Part shown: one piece after another, positions 18,211 to 27,864 of the stretch
Numbering within the stretch: the stretch's first letter is position 1
Layout of the letters: each line of letters starts with the position of its first letter
Origin: Chloroflexota bacterium
GTDB taxonomy: Bacteria > Chloroflexota > Anaerolineae > UBA7937 > B3-Chlor
NCBI GenBank assembly: GCA_030613785.1
Contig: JAUWLF010000010.1
Coordinates: 2,028 to 66,027 of the forward strand
Direction: 5' to 3'
Length of the DNA stretch: 64,000 nt
Notes under the pieces: model-generated
The model's input: only the letters and a program-made list of their open reading frames with translations
The model's database searches: none
What the model was told of the DNA's origin: nothing
Program-made: the position numbers and the translations under genes

Positions 18211-18884
18211 ATCCTGCTCATTGGGAGGTCATCATTCCCCAGGTGAGAAGCGTTCTTGGTCTGCTTGCACAGCAAACCTTCATCGGCCGCTTCTACTTGG
18301 CTGGCGGGACAGCGCTGGCATTGCAACTTCGACACCGCCGCTCGTTCGATCTGCACTTCTTCTCAGAGACTGATCATCTTCTGGACAGTTCTCGTCGCGA
18401 GATTGTGACCGCGCTCGCCGGCAAGAAGGGTGCCGTACAAGCCAATACGGACGGAACCTTACTCCTCCAGATAGGAGCTGTGGGCGTTAGCTTCTTCTCC
18501 TATGGCTATCCCCTCGTGCAACCGACTGTGCCAGTGGCGGGGGTCGCGTTGGCATCTGTTCGGGACATCGGTCTCATGAAGGTGGACGCTATCATGGGAC
18601 GCAGTAACAAGAAGGACTTCTGCGATCTCTACTTCGTCTGTCAGGTGGTACCGTTAGGTGACCTCCTGGAGTTGGGTCAGGCAAAGTACGCCTTCTTACG
18701 GGACTTCGGTGTACAGGCGCTCAAGTCCCTCACGGATTTTCGAGAAGCGAAAGCTGACGAAATGCCTGAGATGGTCAAACGTGCCAGTTGGGATGAAGTA
18801 AAGCGCTTCTTCATCGCTCAAGCCAAGACGTTGGGGTGGGAGTGGTTTGGATCATGGCGACAGCGACCTATGGAGGGAACATGA
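18198..18884 (+). CDS. nucleotidyltransferase AbiEii/AbiGii toxin family protein (variant active-site motif)
   Basis: [24 protein letters not shown] matches the GGTAL...HRxSxDLDFF signature of PF08843-type NTases, but with DLH in place of DLD. The ATG at 18198 overlaps the upstream gene by 13 nt. Confidence 0.75.
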   Translation: MAPLNPAHWEVIIPQVRSVLGLLAQQTFIGRFYLAGGTALALQLRHRRSFDLHFFSETDHLLDSSRREIVTALAGKKGAVQANTDGTLLLQIGAVGVSFFSYGYPLVQPTVPVAGVALASVRDIGLMKVDAIMGRSNKKDFCDLYFVCQVVPLGDLLELGQAKYAFLRDFGVQALKSLTDFREAKADEMPEMVKRASWDEVKRFFIAQAKTLGWEWFGSWRQRPMEGT

Positions 18885-19591
18885 AGCAAAGAGAGACTGT
18901 GGAATACCAACCCCTGATCAGGGACTTGCCGCAGAGCGAACGCCCTCGCGAGCGACTGCAAAGCTACGGCCCAGGTTCCCTCTCCACGTCGGAGTTGTTG
19001 GCCATCATCCTTCGGACAGGGACCAAATCTGAAAGCGTCATCAACCTCGGCAGCCGGTTGCTAGCCCAGTTCGACGGCCTGGCGGGAATCGCCAGGGCCA
19101 GCTTCTCCGACCTGTGCAATATCCATGGTCTCGGCGTGGCTAAGGCGGCCCAGCTCAAGGCTGCCCTCGAGTTGGGCAAGCGGTTGATGGTCGCCTCACC
19201 CGAAGAGCGACCGCAGGTCAAGTCCCCCACCGACGTGGCCAACCTGCTCATGATGGAGATGGGTTTCCTGGACCAGGAACACCTGCGGGTCGTTCTGCTC
19301 GACACCAAGAACCGCGTGCTGGGCATGCCCACCATTTACATCGGCAGCATCAATACCTCCGTGCTCCGGGTGGGGGAGTTGTTCCGCGAGGCGATCAAGG
19401 CCAACAGCGCTGCCGTCATCGTGGTCCACAACCACCCCTCAGGCGACCCCACCCCCTCGCCTGAGGACGTGAGGATCACGCAACAGCTCGTCGAAGCGGG
19501 GAAGCTGCTCGATGTGGAAGTGGTGGACCACCTGATCATCGGCCAGCAGCGGTACGTCAGCCTAAAGGAGCGAGGATTAGGGTTCTCGTGA
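18881..19591 (+). CDS. radC: RadC family JAB/MPN-domain protein
   Basis: [27 protein letters not shown]...[20 protein letters not shown]...[24 protein letters not shown], and an ATGA overlap with the NTase stop. Confidence 0.9.
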   Translation: MKQRETVEYQPLIRDLPQSERPRERLQSYGPGSLSTSELLAIILRTGTKSESVINLGSRLLAQFDGLAGIARASFSDLCNIHGLGVAKAAQLKAALELGKRLMVASPEERPQVKSPTDVANLLMMEMGFLDQEHLRVVLLDTKNRVLGMPTIYIGSINTSVLRVGELFREAIKANSAAVIVVHNHPSGDPTPSPEDVRITQQLVEAGKLLDVEVVDHLIIGQQRYVSLKERGLGFS

Positions 19592-19630
19592 GCCTGGATT
19601 GGCGTCAAGATCTATGAGGGAGATTGCAGT

Positions 19631-20521
19631 ATGAAACACTGGGTAGTGCTTGGTGTAGTTCTGATCGTGCTCGGCTCTGTCTTCTTCGCACTCAACCTCA
19701 TGGGTGTAGAAACCCCACTGTTGGAACCGGGACTCCTCTTTCTGGGGGCGATAGCGGGAGGCTGCCTGGCAGCCTATGTCTATACGGGCTGGTACGGCCT
19801 TCTGATCCCTGGCTGCGTCCTCGCCTCTCTGTGGCTAACCACGACCCTCGTCGAGCTGAACCCCACCTGGCCGGGGGATCTCGACGGCGCTATCATATTG
19901 GCCGGTCTGGGAGTCTCCTTCTTCGCCATCTACCTGGTCGATCGCGCTCGCACGGGCCGCAGACTAACATGGCCAGTCTGGGCCGGTGTGGGATTAGTCC
20001 TCTTTTCCGCCCCCGTGGCGCTGAGCGGCTTCCTGCCCGAAGTCCTTATCAGCAGTCTCTTGCTCGCCAGCCCGGGTGTGGTGCTGCTGATCATCTACTT
20101 CTGGCGCCGGATCTACCCCCTCCTGATACCAGCGTGCTACATGATAGCTATCGGTCTGGTGATCCCGGTTCTGGAGAGCATCCCTGAAGGCACCGGAGCG
20201 GAGGTCTTCCAGGTCTTGTCGACGGTCATGGGGGCGATTGGGGTGGCTTCCCTGGCTATCTACATCGTGGACCGGCTGTACACGCAGGCTTCGAACTGGT
20301 GGCCTTTGATCCCCGGGATTGTGGGTCTGGTCGGTGGTGCAGTGCTGGGCTTGGCCGCATGGGGAATGGGCCTGGCAACAGTCCAGTGGCAACTCCTCGC
20401 AAACATCGCCTCCAATCTGTGGCCCGTCGGGCTGATCCTACTCGGTCTTTGGCTCGTCTTCCGCTGGGCTGTGAGGGGAAGAAGGGCTGCTGAGGAGTCC
20501 GCGCCTCCCGAGGAGGGTTAG
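19631..20521 (+). CDS. polytopic membrane protein of unknown function
   Basis: 296 aa with a GAGGGAG RBS and about 8 hydrophobic helices. No recognisable motif. Confidence 0.75.
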   Translation: MKHWVVLGVVLIVLGSVFFALNLMGVETPLLEPGLLFLGAIAGGCLAAYVYTGWYGLLIPGCVLASLWLTTTLVELNPTWPGDLDGAIILAGLGVSFFAIYLVDRARTGRRLTWPVWAGVGLVLFSAPVALSGFLPEVLISSLLLASPGVVLLIIYFWRRIYPLLIPACYMIAIGLVIPVLESIPEGTGAEVFQVLSTVMGAIGVASLAIYIVDRLYTQASNWWPLIPGIVGLVGGAVLGLAAWGMGLATVQWQLLANIASNLWPVGLILLGLWLVFRWAVRGRRAAEESAPPEEG

Positions 20522-20726
20522 AACCCCATCTTGCCCTACCATCAGTTGCAGGCTGCTGCAGCATTCTATGTGTGCTGAGCAGCGCTTTCGAGGCGCTGAG
20601 CGGCCCAGGCCAGCTAACTCAAGCGAACAGTAGTCTCACAAAGGTCACGCCCTTGCCATTGACTACCGGCACAAGAGCCTGTAAACTGATGATGTGCACT
20701 CTTCACACGTGAGAGCGTGACTGGCA

Positions 20727-22187
20727 ATGGAAGGAAGACGCCGAAGACACAAACTCAGCCTGTCTCGCAGGGACTTCCTCAAGCTTTCCGGCCTCCTGGC
20801 TGGCATCCTCGCCTTGAATCCTAACCGGTCCTGGGAGACACGGGCCAGCTCCTCCAAACCCAAAGTCGTCCACACCTACTGTGCTCGCGCCACCAACTGG
20901 GATTTCTCAACCACCTGGTGGGGCAACTACGTCGATCAAGCCGTGGTCGACGAGATGGTGGATCGCGGCGTGACGGAGCTGACGGGCAGAACCACTCGTG
21001 TAGCGGCCTGGCAAGCGTTGATCCCAGACTACGCACCAGGGCAAAGGGTAGCCATCAAGGTCAACCTCAACAATGCCGTCAGCCAGACTGACAGCGACAA
21101 CGAGATTGACGCCCTCATCGAGCCGGTCAACGCCGTAGTCAGGGGACTGAAGGAAATCGGCGTCGCCGAATCGGACATCTGGGTGTACGATGCAATAAAG
21201 CCCATCCCCGACCGTCTTCAAGATCGCTGTGAATTCCCCAGCGTTCAGTTTTGCGGTGGCTGGGGCACCAATCCTCAGGGTTTCAGCTCAACCGAGAGAG
21301 TGACTTTCCAGACTCCGCCGGGGCACCCTTCCCTCGCCGACCAGCGCATCAGCAATGTGCTAGCCAACTCCGACTACCTGGTCAACATGCCGATCATGAA
21401 GAAGCACTGCTGCGCCTGGGTCACTCTCTCCTTCAAGAACCACTTCGGCACCATCGAGCACTGTCGCGCCCTGCATGGTTACACATTCCCCTACGAGACC
21501 GACTACACTCCGAACTACAACCCCATGGTGGACATCTACCAGAACCCGCATTTCGGGGGCAAGACAGTTCTCACCATTGCCGATGGGCTCTACGGCAGCA
21601 AGGGCGACCAATCCAGCGTACCCGCACCCTGGACTACTTTCGATAATCAGGCTCCCAACAGCCTGTTCTTCTCCCAAGACCCGGTGGCCATAGACTGCGT
21701 GATGTACGACTTCCTGAACGCGGAAACATGGGTCCAAGCTGGTGGCGACGACTATCTGGCGCTGGCAGCGCAGGAGGGACTGGGGGTTTTCGAGCATCGA
21801 GCCACGGGAGCCTCCGGACCCGAGGAGTGGTACAGCCAGATAAACTACGTGCACCTGGACCTGGACACATATGTCAGGCTCCAGGGCCGTTGGAGGGACG
21901 GCACGGCGAGTCTCTCCTGGAACAGGCCCTTGCACCCCGGTCTGGCCGGGTACCGCGTCTGCTACTCCAGTGACAGCGGCGGAGACGTGGATCAGGGTTC
22001 CTCACCGATAGATGTGACCGACCCCAACCAGCAAGCCATAGACTTGACGGGTTTGACTACATATTCCCTGTACGACTTCTGGATGGAGCCTTACGACACC
22101 GGCGAGGACCCTCTGAGCGAATCGAACCACGTGCCCCTTCTGCCCACAGACATCCTGTTGCATTTCCCCCTGGCCCTTGCCGGCTGA
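20727..22187 (+). CDS. Tat-exported DUF362-domain protein with C-terminal fibronectin type III-like domain
   Basis: Twin-arginine signal SRRDFLKLSGLLAG. RVAIKVNLNNA and MPIMKKHCCAWVTLSFKNHFGTI fit DUF362. The C-terminal LSWNRPLHPGLAGYRVCYSS is FN3-like. Confidence 0.8.
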   Translation: MEGRRRRHKLSLSRRDFLKLSGLLAGILALNPNRSWETRASSSKPKVVHTYCARATNWDFSTTWWGNYVDQAVVDEMVDRGVTELTGRTTRVAAWQALIPDYAPGQRVAIKVNLNNAVSQTDSDNEIDALIEPVNAVVRGLKEIGVAESDIWVYDAIKPIPDRLQDRCEFPSVQFCGGWGTNPQGFSSTERVTFQTPPGHPSLADQRISNVLANSDYLVNMPIMKKHCCAWVTLSFKNHFGTIEHCRALHGYTFPYETDYTPNYNPMVDIYQNPHFGGKTVLTIADGLYGSKGDQSSVPAPWTTFDNQAPNSLFFSQDPVAIDCVMYDFLNAETWVQAGGDDYLALAAQEGLGVFEHRATGASGPEEWYSQINYVHLDLDTYVRLQGRWRDGTASLSWNRPLHPGLAGYRVCYSSDSGGDVDQGSSPIDVTDPNQQAIDLTGLTTYSLYDFWMEPYDTGEDPLSESNHVPLLPTDILLHFPLALAG

Positions 22188-22504
22188 CCCACGGAGATCC
22201 CGCACGGGGACGCCCGATGACTCTTCATCGCTGGTGGCATCTGCGCAATCCTGTGCCCCATCCTGGACATGAGCTCCTACGCCCTCCATCCTCTGGCTGC
22301 GGGGGAAGCACCATCTCCGGCACTGGGATCCAGGCGTAGATGGCTCGCCTGACCGCTTCGGGCGAGCGTCCCTTGGCAATCGCACCCTTCTCTCGCTGCT
22401 AATCTTGCCCTTGGCTCTGGCCCTCTGCGGTCTGCTGGCGAGGCGCGGTTTGCCATTCTGTGCCAGCCTTGGGAAGCGCTATCGCCGACGCTCCCCAGTC
22501 GGAT

Positions 22505-22533
22505 TTGCTCCTTCAGCGGTTCTGTGATACAAT
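22505..22533 (+). promoter_or_regulatory. candidate promoter TTGCTC-17-TACAAT with TGn extension inside an 835-nt gene-free gap
   Basis: Hexamers are at 22505-22510 and 22528-22533, with TGA immediately before the -10. The nearest downstream start is about 490 nt away. Confidence 0.35.
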
Positions 22534-23022
22534 AATAAGTGAGACAGGCAGAGGAAGACTCCAGTCTGCGCTGAATCCGAGGCAACCCCCTACGTTTTCT
22601 TGCCTCGAACGGTGTCGTGAGTCTGTCAAAGGGTTCCTCGAAGCCCGATGCCCTGGGTGCAGCACAAGCACTTGGCTTGAGAACAACTAGCACAGGAGCC
22701 CGCTTGCTGCAGCCAGAAGGCTTTTTCCCTCGACACAAGGACACACTTCGCCGAGACCACGTGCTGTAGCGCGAGGGTTTCCCTCAGCAAGAAGTCGGGT
22801 TCCCCTGGACCTGAGAGCTGGGCAAGGTCGTACCCAGGTCCACTGTTTCACGTCTTGGCTCTAGCCCCATCCGTGCACAGGCGGAGGTACAAAGGCGAGA
22901 CCTCCTCCCTCTGGCGACGGCCTACCAGTATCCTGAGGCTGTCCACCCAACGCACACAGCGGGTTACCTACCTGGGTTCTGCCTACTTGGGAGAACCTCT
23001 CTCAGCACATGAGGAGATGAAC

Positions 23023-24666
23023 ATGAAAACGGTGGTCGCCGCAGCCCTGGGCGAATGCGTCCACGTGGCCGGGGTGATGAACTTCCTGCGACTGGCCGAG
23101 AGCGCTGGATGGCGAACGGTGTTCCTGGGGCCCGCAGTGCCAGTCGAGGAGGTTCTGGCAGCAGCTCGTCGGCACAAGGCCGACCTGGTGGGCGTGTCCT
23201 ACCGTCTGACGCCAGAAACCGGTGAGCGGCTATTGGGCGAGTTCGCTGAGGAGGCCGATGACCTCCGCGAGGGAGGCGTCCGATTCGCCTTTGGCGGTAC
23301 TCCGCCCGTGGCCGAACGGGCACGCGCCATTGGCTTCTTTGAACGCACCTTCGACGGCAGCGAACCCGTGGAGATGGTGCTGGCCTACATGAAGGGACAA
23401 CTCCACACTGAGATGGTTGAGGAGGACTATCCTCAGACCGCCATCGGCCGCATCAACTGGAAGGCTCCCTTCCCCATTATCCGCCACCACTTTGGCCTGC
23501 CGACCCTGGAGGCCACCCGCAAGGGGATGGCGCAAATCGCTGAAGCACTAGTCCTCGACGTCATCTCTCTGGGCACCGACCAGGATGCACAGGCGAACTT
23601 CTTCCATCCCGAGCGCCAGGACCCGCGCCGCACTGGAGCCGGTGGGGTGCCGGTCCGCAGTGCCGATGACTACCGGGCACTGTATGCCGCCAGTCGCCGC
23701 GGCAACTACCCCCTCCTCCGCACCTACTCGGGCACCGACGACTTCGTACGCCTCGCCGAGTTATACGTCGAGACCATCAACATCGCCTGGTGCGCCATCC
23801 CCATCTTCTGGTTCAACCAGATGGATGGCAGGGGACCGTGGGACCTCGAGGGCTCGATCCGCGAGCATCAGCGCGTGATGGCCTGGTACGGCGAGCAGGG
23901 CATACCGGTGGAGCTGAACGAACCGCACCACTGGGGGATGCGCGACGCGCCTGACGTGATCAGCGTTGTGGCTGCATATCTCTCAGCCTACAACGCCCGT
24001 GCCTTTGGCGTCCAGGATTACATCGCCCAGTTGATGTTCAACAGCCCTCCCGGAGTCTCTGACGCCATGGACCTGGCCAAGATGCTGGCCTGCCTCGACC
24101 TCGTCGAGCCCCTGGCCGGGCCAGACTTCAGTGTCTGGCGGCAAAGCCGGACCGGCCTGCTCAGCTACCCGCTCGACCAGGACGCTGCTCGCGCCCACCT
24201 GTCCGCCAGCGTGTACCTTCAGATGGGGCTGGAGCCTCACATCGTCCACGTGGTCAGCCACACGGAGGCCCACCACGCCGCCACTGCCGATAACGTCATC
24301 GAGGCCTGCAAACTGGCCCGGCGCGCCATCGAGAACGCCATCCGTGGTCAGCCGGACATGACGGCCGACCCCGCCGTGCAACAGCGAAGGGAGGAGTTGG
24401 CCCGAGAGGCACAGGCCACGTTGGAAGCCATCCGCGCCCTCGCCAGCACCGATACGGCGGACGCCCTCACCGATCCGGCCACCTTGACCCGGGCGGTGAC
24501 GACTGGAGTGCTGGATGCTCCCCATCTGCTCAACAACCTCTTTGCACGCGGCGAGATAGTGACTCGCATAGATTCCCGGGGCGCCTGCGTCTCAGTGGAG
24601 CCGTCCACAGGGCACCCTGTGTCCGAAGGGGAGAGAATCGCCAGCTTGGACATACCATCTGGATAA
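23023..24666 (+). CDS. B12-binding-domain protein fused to a large C-terminal (TIM-barrel-like?) domain, function unknown
   Basis: The ATG at 23023 is 6 nt after GAGGAG; the ORF track start at 22855 is unlikely. The N-terminus MKTVVAAALGECVHVAGV...LGPAVPVEEVLAAARRHKADLVGVSYRL...FAFGG has the cobalamin-binding Rossmann pattern. The His is kept, but Asp is not in the DxHxxG register. Confidence 0.8.
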   Translation: MKTVVAAALGECVHVAGVMNFLRLAESAGWRTVFLGPAVPVEEVLAAARRHKADLVGVSYRLTPETGERLLGEFAEEADDLREGGVRFAFGGTPPVAERARAIGFFERTFDGSEPVEMVLAYMKGQLHTEMVEEDYPQTAIGRINWKAPFPIIRHHFGLPTLEATRKGMAQIAEALVLDVISLGTDQDAQANFFHPERQDPRRTGAGGVPVRSADDYRALYAASRRGNYPLLRTYSGTDDFVRLAELYVETINIAWCAIPIFWFNQMDGRGPWDLEGSIREHQRVMAWYGEQGIPVELNEPHHWGMRDAPDVISVVAAYLSAYNARAFGVQDYIAQLMFNSPPGVSDAMDLAKMLACLDLVEPLAGPDFSVWRQSRTGLLSYPLDQDAARAHLSASVYLQMGLEPHIVHVVSHTEAHHAATADNVIEACKLARRAIENAIRGQPDMTADPAVQQRREELAREAQATLEAIRALASTDTADALTDPATLTRAVTTGVLDAPHLLNNLFARGEIVTRIDSRGACVSVEPSTGHPVSEGERIASLDIPSG

Positions 24667-24718
24667 GCAGTTGCCAATGTGAACCCTGCCGATAGACTTG
24701 ACGAAGGAGAGAGGACTT

Positions 24719-25861
24719 ATGAGTAACGATACACGCTACACCGTTATGGGTGGCGGTCACGGAGGCAGAGCGATGGCCGCACACCTGGCCTTGATGGGAT
24801 TTCCTGTCACTCTGTACAACCGCACGCCGCAAAACGTCGCCGCCATCAAGACCCGGGTGGGCATCGAATTGAAGAGCTATGAGGGAGGGCCACACGGCTT
24901 CGGAGAGCTCACATCAGTGACGTCAAACATGGACGAGGCACTGGAACAGGCCGAGATCATCATGATCGTCGTACCGTCCATGGCCCACGCCGACATCGCT
25001 CGGAACGCCGCGCCGCACCTGCGCGACGGGCAGATCGTGGTCCTCAATCCAGGTCGCACCGGCGGGGCCATGGAGTTCACCAAGGTGCTGAGCGACGAGG
25101 AATGTCAGGCTGACGTCATTATCGCAGAAGCTGAGACTTTCATCTACGCCAGTCGTTCCGAGGGACCTGCCGAGTCGCGGATCTTCCGCATGAAAGACGC
25201 GGTACCCTTGGCAGCACTGCCCGCCACACGAACAGAGCGCGTCCTCCAGGCCCTGGAACCGGCCTACCCGCAGTTCATCGATGGCGTAAACGTACTGCAC
25301 ACCGGGCTGAACAATATGGGGGCAGTCTTCCACCCCGCCCTCACCTTGCTCAACGCAGGACGCATCGAATCCACCATGGGCGAGTTCCAATTCTACATTG
25401 ACGGCGTAACGCCAGCTGTCGGTCGAGTGCTGGAAGTGCTGGACCGTGAGCGCGTGACCGTGGCTTCGGCCCTGGGCGTCCGCGCCCGCACTGCGCTGGA
25501 ATGGTTGAAGATGGCCTACGACACCACCGGCGAGAACATTGCAGAAGCGATTCACAACCAGCCTGGATACCGTGGCATCATGGCCCCCCGCACGCTCCGC
25601 CACCGCTACCTCTTCGAAGACGTGCCCATGAGCCTGGTGCCCATGGCTGCCCTCGGGCAGCGCTACGGTGTCTCAGTGCGTGGCATGGATAGCGTCGTCC
25701 GTCTGGCGTGCTTCATCCACCGCACCGACTACTGGCGTCGCGGACGGACCCCCGACAAGCTGGGAATCCAGCAGTGGAGCGTCGGTGAACTGACGCGCTA
25801 CGTCGATGAGGGCGTGGTTCCTCGCGGGACGAGTTGGTCGCCAGCCTGGAAGGTCGCGTGA
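24719..25861 (+). CDS. NAD(P)-dependent octopine/nopaline (opine) dehydrogenase family protein
   Basis: YTVMGGGHGGRAMAAHLALMGFPVTLYNR dinucleotide fold followed by an opine-DH-like C-terminal domain. The ATG at 24719 follows AAGGAGAG. Confidence 0.85.
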   Translation: MSNDTRYTVMGGGHGGRAMAAHLALMGFPVTLYNRTPQNVAAIKTRVGIELKSYEGGPHGFGELTSVTSNMDEALEQAEIIMIVVPSMAHADIARNAAPHLRDGQIVVLNPGRTGGAMEFTKVLSDEECQADVIIAEAETFIYASRSEGPAESRIFRMKDAVPLAALPATRTERVLQALEPAYPQFIDGVNVLHTGLNNMGAVFHPALTLLNAGRIESTMGEFQFYIDGVTPAVGRVLEVLDRERVTVASALGVRARTALEWLKMAYDTTGENIAEAIHNQPGYRGIMAPRTLRHRYLFEDVPMSLVPMAALGQRYGVSVRGMDSVVRLACFIHRTDYWRRGRTPDKLGIQQWSVGELTRYVDEGVVPRGTSWSPAWKVA

Positions 25862-26155
25862 CGGTGCCACAGGCTTGACCCGCTGGAATCTGATCCCTGA
25901 CTGGACACTCCCATCTGTTCTCAATCGGGGCTGCTTCTTTCCTCGATTGACGGTAGGCCCCGTGTGGCATCGGAGAAAGATGGCTCGGGTTTCGCCTCCA
26001 GCCAGGGCTGCGGCCAGCTACACCAGGTTGCGGCCTTGCTTGCGATCTGGCCAGTCACGCCCAAGCATGCCGCCCTTTCGATCCAGACATGAACAACTTA
26101 AAGGAGATGCCCGAATCGCCTTCAGCAGACCTCATACAAGAAACGAGAGGTGAAA

Positions 26156-26923
26156 ATGAAAGCCTTAATAATCGCTGCTGGCCAAGGAAGAAGGCTAAAT
26201 GATCTCACTACCGATCTACCCAAACCACTGATTCAACTCTTGGGTTTGTCCTTGATTGAAAGAGTGATACTAACCGCAAAACGGGCAGGTATTCACGACT
26301 TCGTAATCACAGTCGGCTATCTTGGAGACAAGATAGGAGCAACTCTAGGAGACGGAAGAGGGCTGGGAGTAAGAATAGATTACGTCCAGAACAAAGAATG
26401 GGAGAAGGGAAATGGAGCCTCGGTCCTAAGGGCCACCCCATTGCTGAATGAGAACTTCATCCTATTGATGTCAGACCATATCTTCGATGATCGCATTCTG
26501 AAAGGGCTTGTTGATCATGAATTAGGAAGCTCTGTTGTTTTGGCAGTTGATAGAAGAGCACCGTCGCCGGGGGATACGAAAGTTCTGGAGGCAAGAGGAA
26601 AGATCCTTAGCATAGGCAAAGACATAGAAGAATCAAATTGCATAGATACTGGCATCTTCTTGTGTTCGCCAAGGCTACTTGCGTTTGCCGAGGAAGCGGT
26701 GAAAGAAGGCAAGACTGAACTTGCCGATGTCATTGACAAGGCTGCTGAGAACAGAGATGCCGAAGTGTTTGATATTACTCGAATTGAAAGTTACTCATCA
26801 CGGATGGGAAAAGGGACTACGCCTTGGTGGATAGATATTGATACAAGAGAGGATTTGAGAAAGGCGGAACAGTATTTGATCAAAAAAGAAAACTCATTGA
26901 AAACGCTTTGTCTGCTCCATTGA
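26156..26923 (+). CDS. sugar/alcohol-phosphate nucleotidyl(cytidylyl)transferase (IPCT-like)
   Basis: MKALIIAAGQGRRL...LPKPLIQL is the NTP_transferase signature, and WWIDIDTREDLRKAEQYL is the typical C-terminal motif. GC content is markedly low. Confidence 0.85.
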   Translation: MKALIIAAGQGRRLNDLTTDLPKPLIQLLGLSLIERVILTAKRAGIHDFVITVGYLGDKIGATLGDGRGLGVRIDYVQNKEWEKGNGASVLRATPLLNENFILLMSDHIFDDRILKGLVDHELGSSVVLAVDRRAPSPGDTKVLEARGKILSIGKDIEESNCIDTGIFLCSPRLLAFAEEAVKEGKTELADVIDKAAENRDAEVFDITRIESYSSRMGKGTTPWWIDIDTREDLRKAEQYLIKKENSLKTLCLLH

Positions 26924-26926
26924 AAC

Positions 26927-27595
26927 ATGATCTTCAGGAAGTTTGGAGTAATTGAAGATAGAATAAGAGAAGGTGTTGCAACTCTACTCTTGGAACTTGG
27001 AATACCCATAACTCCAAACCAGATAACGATACTGAGCTTTGTCGTAGGTATCCTGTCCGGTGTGAGTTTTGCCCTATCCCATCTTTTGCTCGGAGGAATC
27101 TTGTACTATCTTTCTGATGTACTTGATGGTGTGGATGGCGTCGTTGCAAGAAGAACAGGTACGGCAACAACATACGGAGCATATCTCGATTCTTGTCTCG
27201 ATAGGTATGTTGATGTATTTGTTGTACTAGGAATATGTGTACATTTTTCTCAGGTTGGATATATCTGGATTATTGGTGTTCTGGCAATAACAGGCAATCT
27301 CATGATCAGCTATGCAACTCATAGAGCAGAGGCGTTAGGCAAGGTAGCCTTAACTTCGCCCATTCGATGGTATAGAAGAAGAAGAATGCATATAGTCGTT
27401 GTTGGGGCATTTCTTAGTTTGTTTTATCCCTCCTCTCTGTTTTATGCACTAGCAACTATGGCGGTTATCAGCAATCTGAAAGTGTTTTGGAGAATGATGC
27501 CATGGATGCTGAAGGATTTCAATTCGCTTGACAAGAACACTAGGAAGCTCCTAGCAAGAACCTCTCTTAGAAGATTTCAGAAGGATGGACCGTAG
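26927..27595 (+). CDS. CDP-alcohol phosphatidyltransferase family membrane protein (DIPPS-like)
   Basis: DVLDGVDGVVARRTGTATTYGAYLDSCLDRYVD matches D(x)2DG(x)2AR(x)8G(x)3D(x)3D. About 6 TM helices. It starts 3 nt after the NTase stop and has low GC. Confidence 0.9.
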   Translation: MIFRKFGVIEDRIREGVATLLLELGIPITPNQITILSFVVGILSGVSFALSHLLLGGILYYLSDVLDGVDGVVARRTGTATTYGAYLDSCLDRYVDVFVVLGICVHFSQVGYIWIIGVLAITGNLMISYATHRAEALGKVALTSPIRWYRRRRMHIVVVGAFLSLFYPSSLFYALATMAVISNLKVFWRMMPWMLKDFNSLDKNTRKLLARTSLRRFQKDGP

Positions 27596-27864
27596 GAATA
27601 TGTGAACAAGAGAACTCGGCCATTCAAAGGGTCTTCGCGAGTCTTGGGATTGCTTGGGCTTATCGACCACGCCCAACAGGGCGCACATGGCTCACTTCGT
27701 TCGCGGATGACGCGGGAAAAGACCGGCGGACACTTAGAGAGAAGCCGGACTGCGCAGAGGAGCTACCCATCACAGCCCGTGCGGCTGAAACCCTACTATA
27801 GCATTCTGGCCTGTGAAGCTATCGTATGCCTTCTGTTGCAGACCGGCCACGGGAGGAACTCAGG

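Noticed and set aside
17526-18356. A 276-aa minus-strand ORF, and a 274-aa plus-strand ORF at 35775..36599.
   Set aside because: Their extremely Arg/Ser/Pro-rich translations span several well-supported genes on the other strand or frame.
22277-22744. A 155-aa minus-strand ORF and a 76-aa plus-strand ORF inside the 835-nt gap.
   Set aside because: The translations are Arg/Ala/Ser/Pro-rich with no start context. I treated the region as non-coding and reported it as a finding.
22188-23022. A possible cobalamin riboswitch upstream of the B12-binding protein gene.
   Set aside because: I looked for the GGGAA...GGTG..AA.TCC core and the GCCACTG B12 box and found neither. It cannot be excluded without a covariance-model scan.
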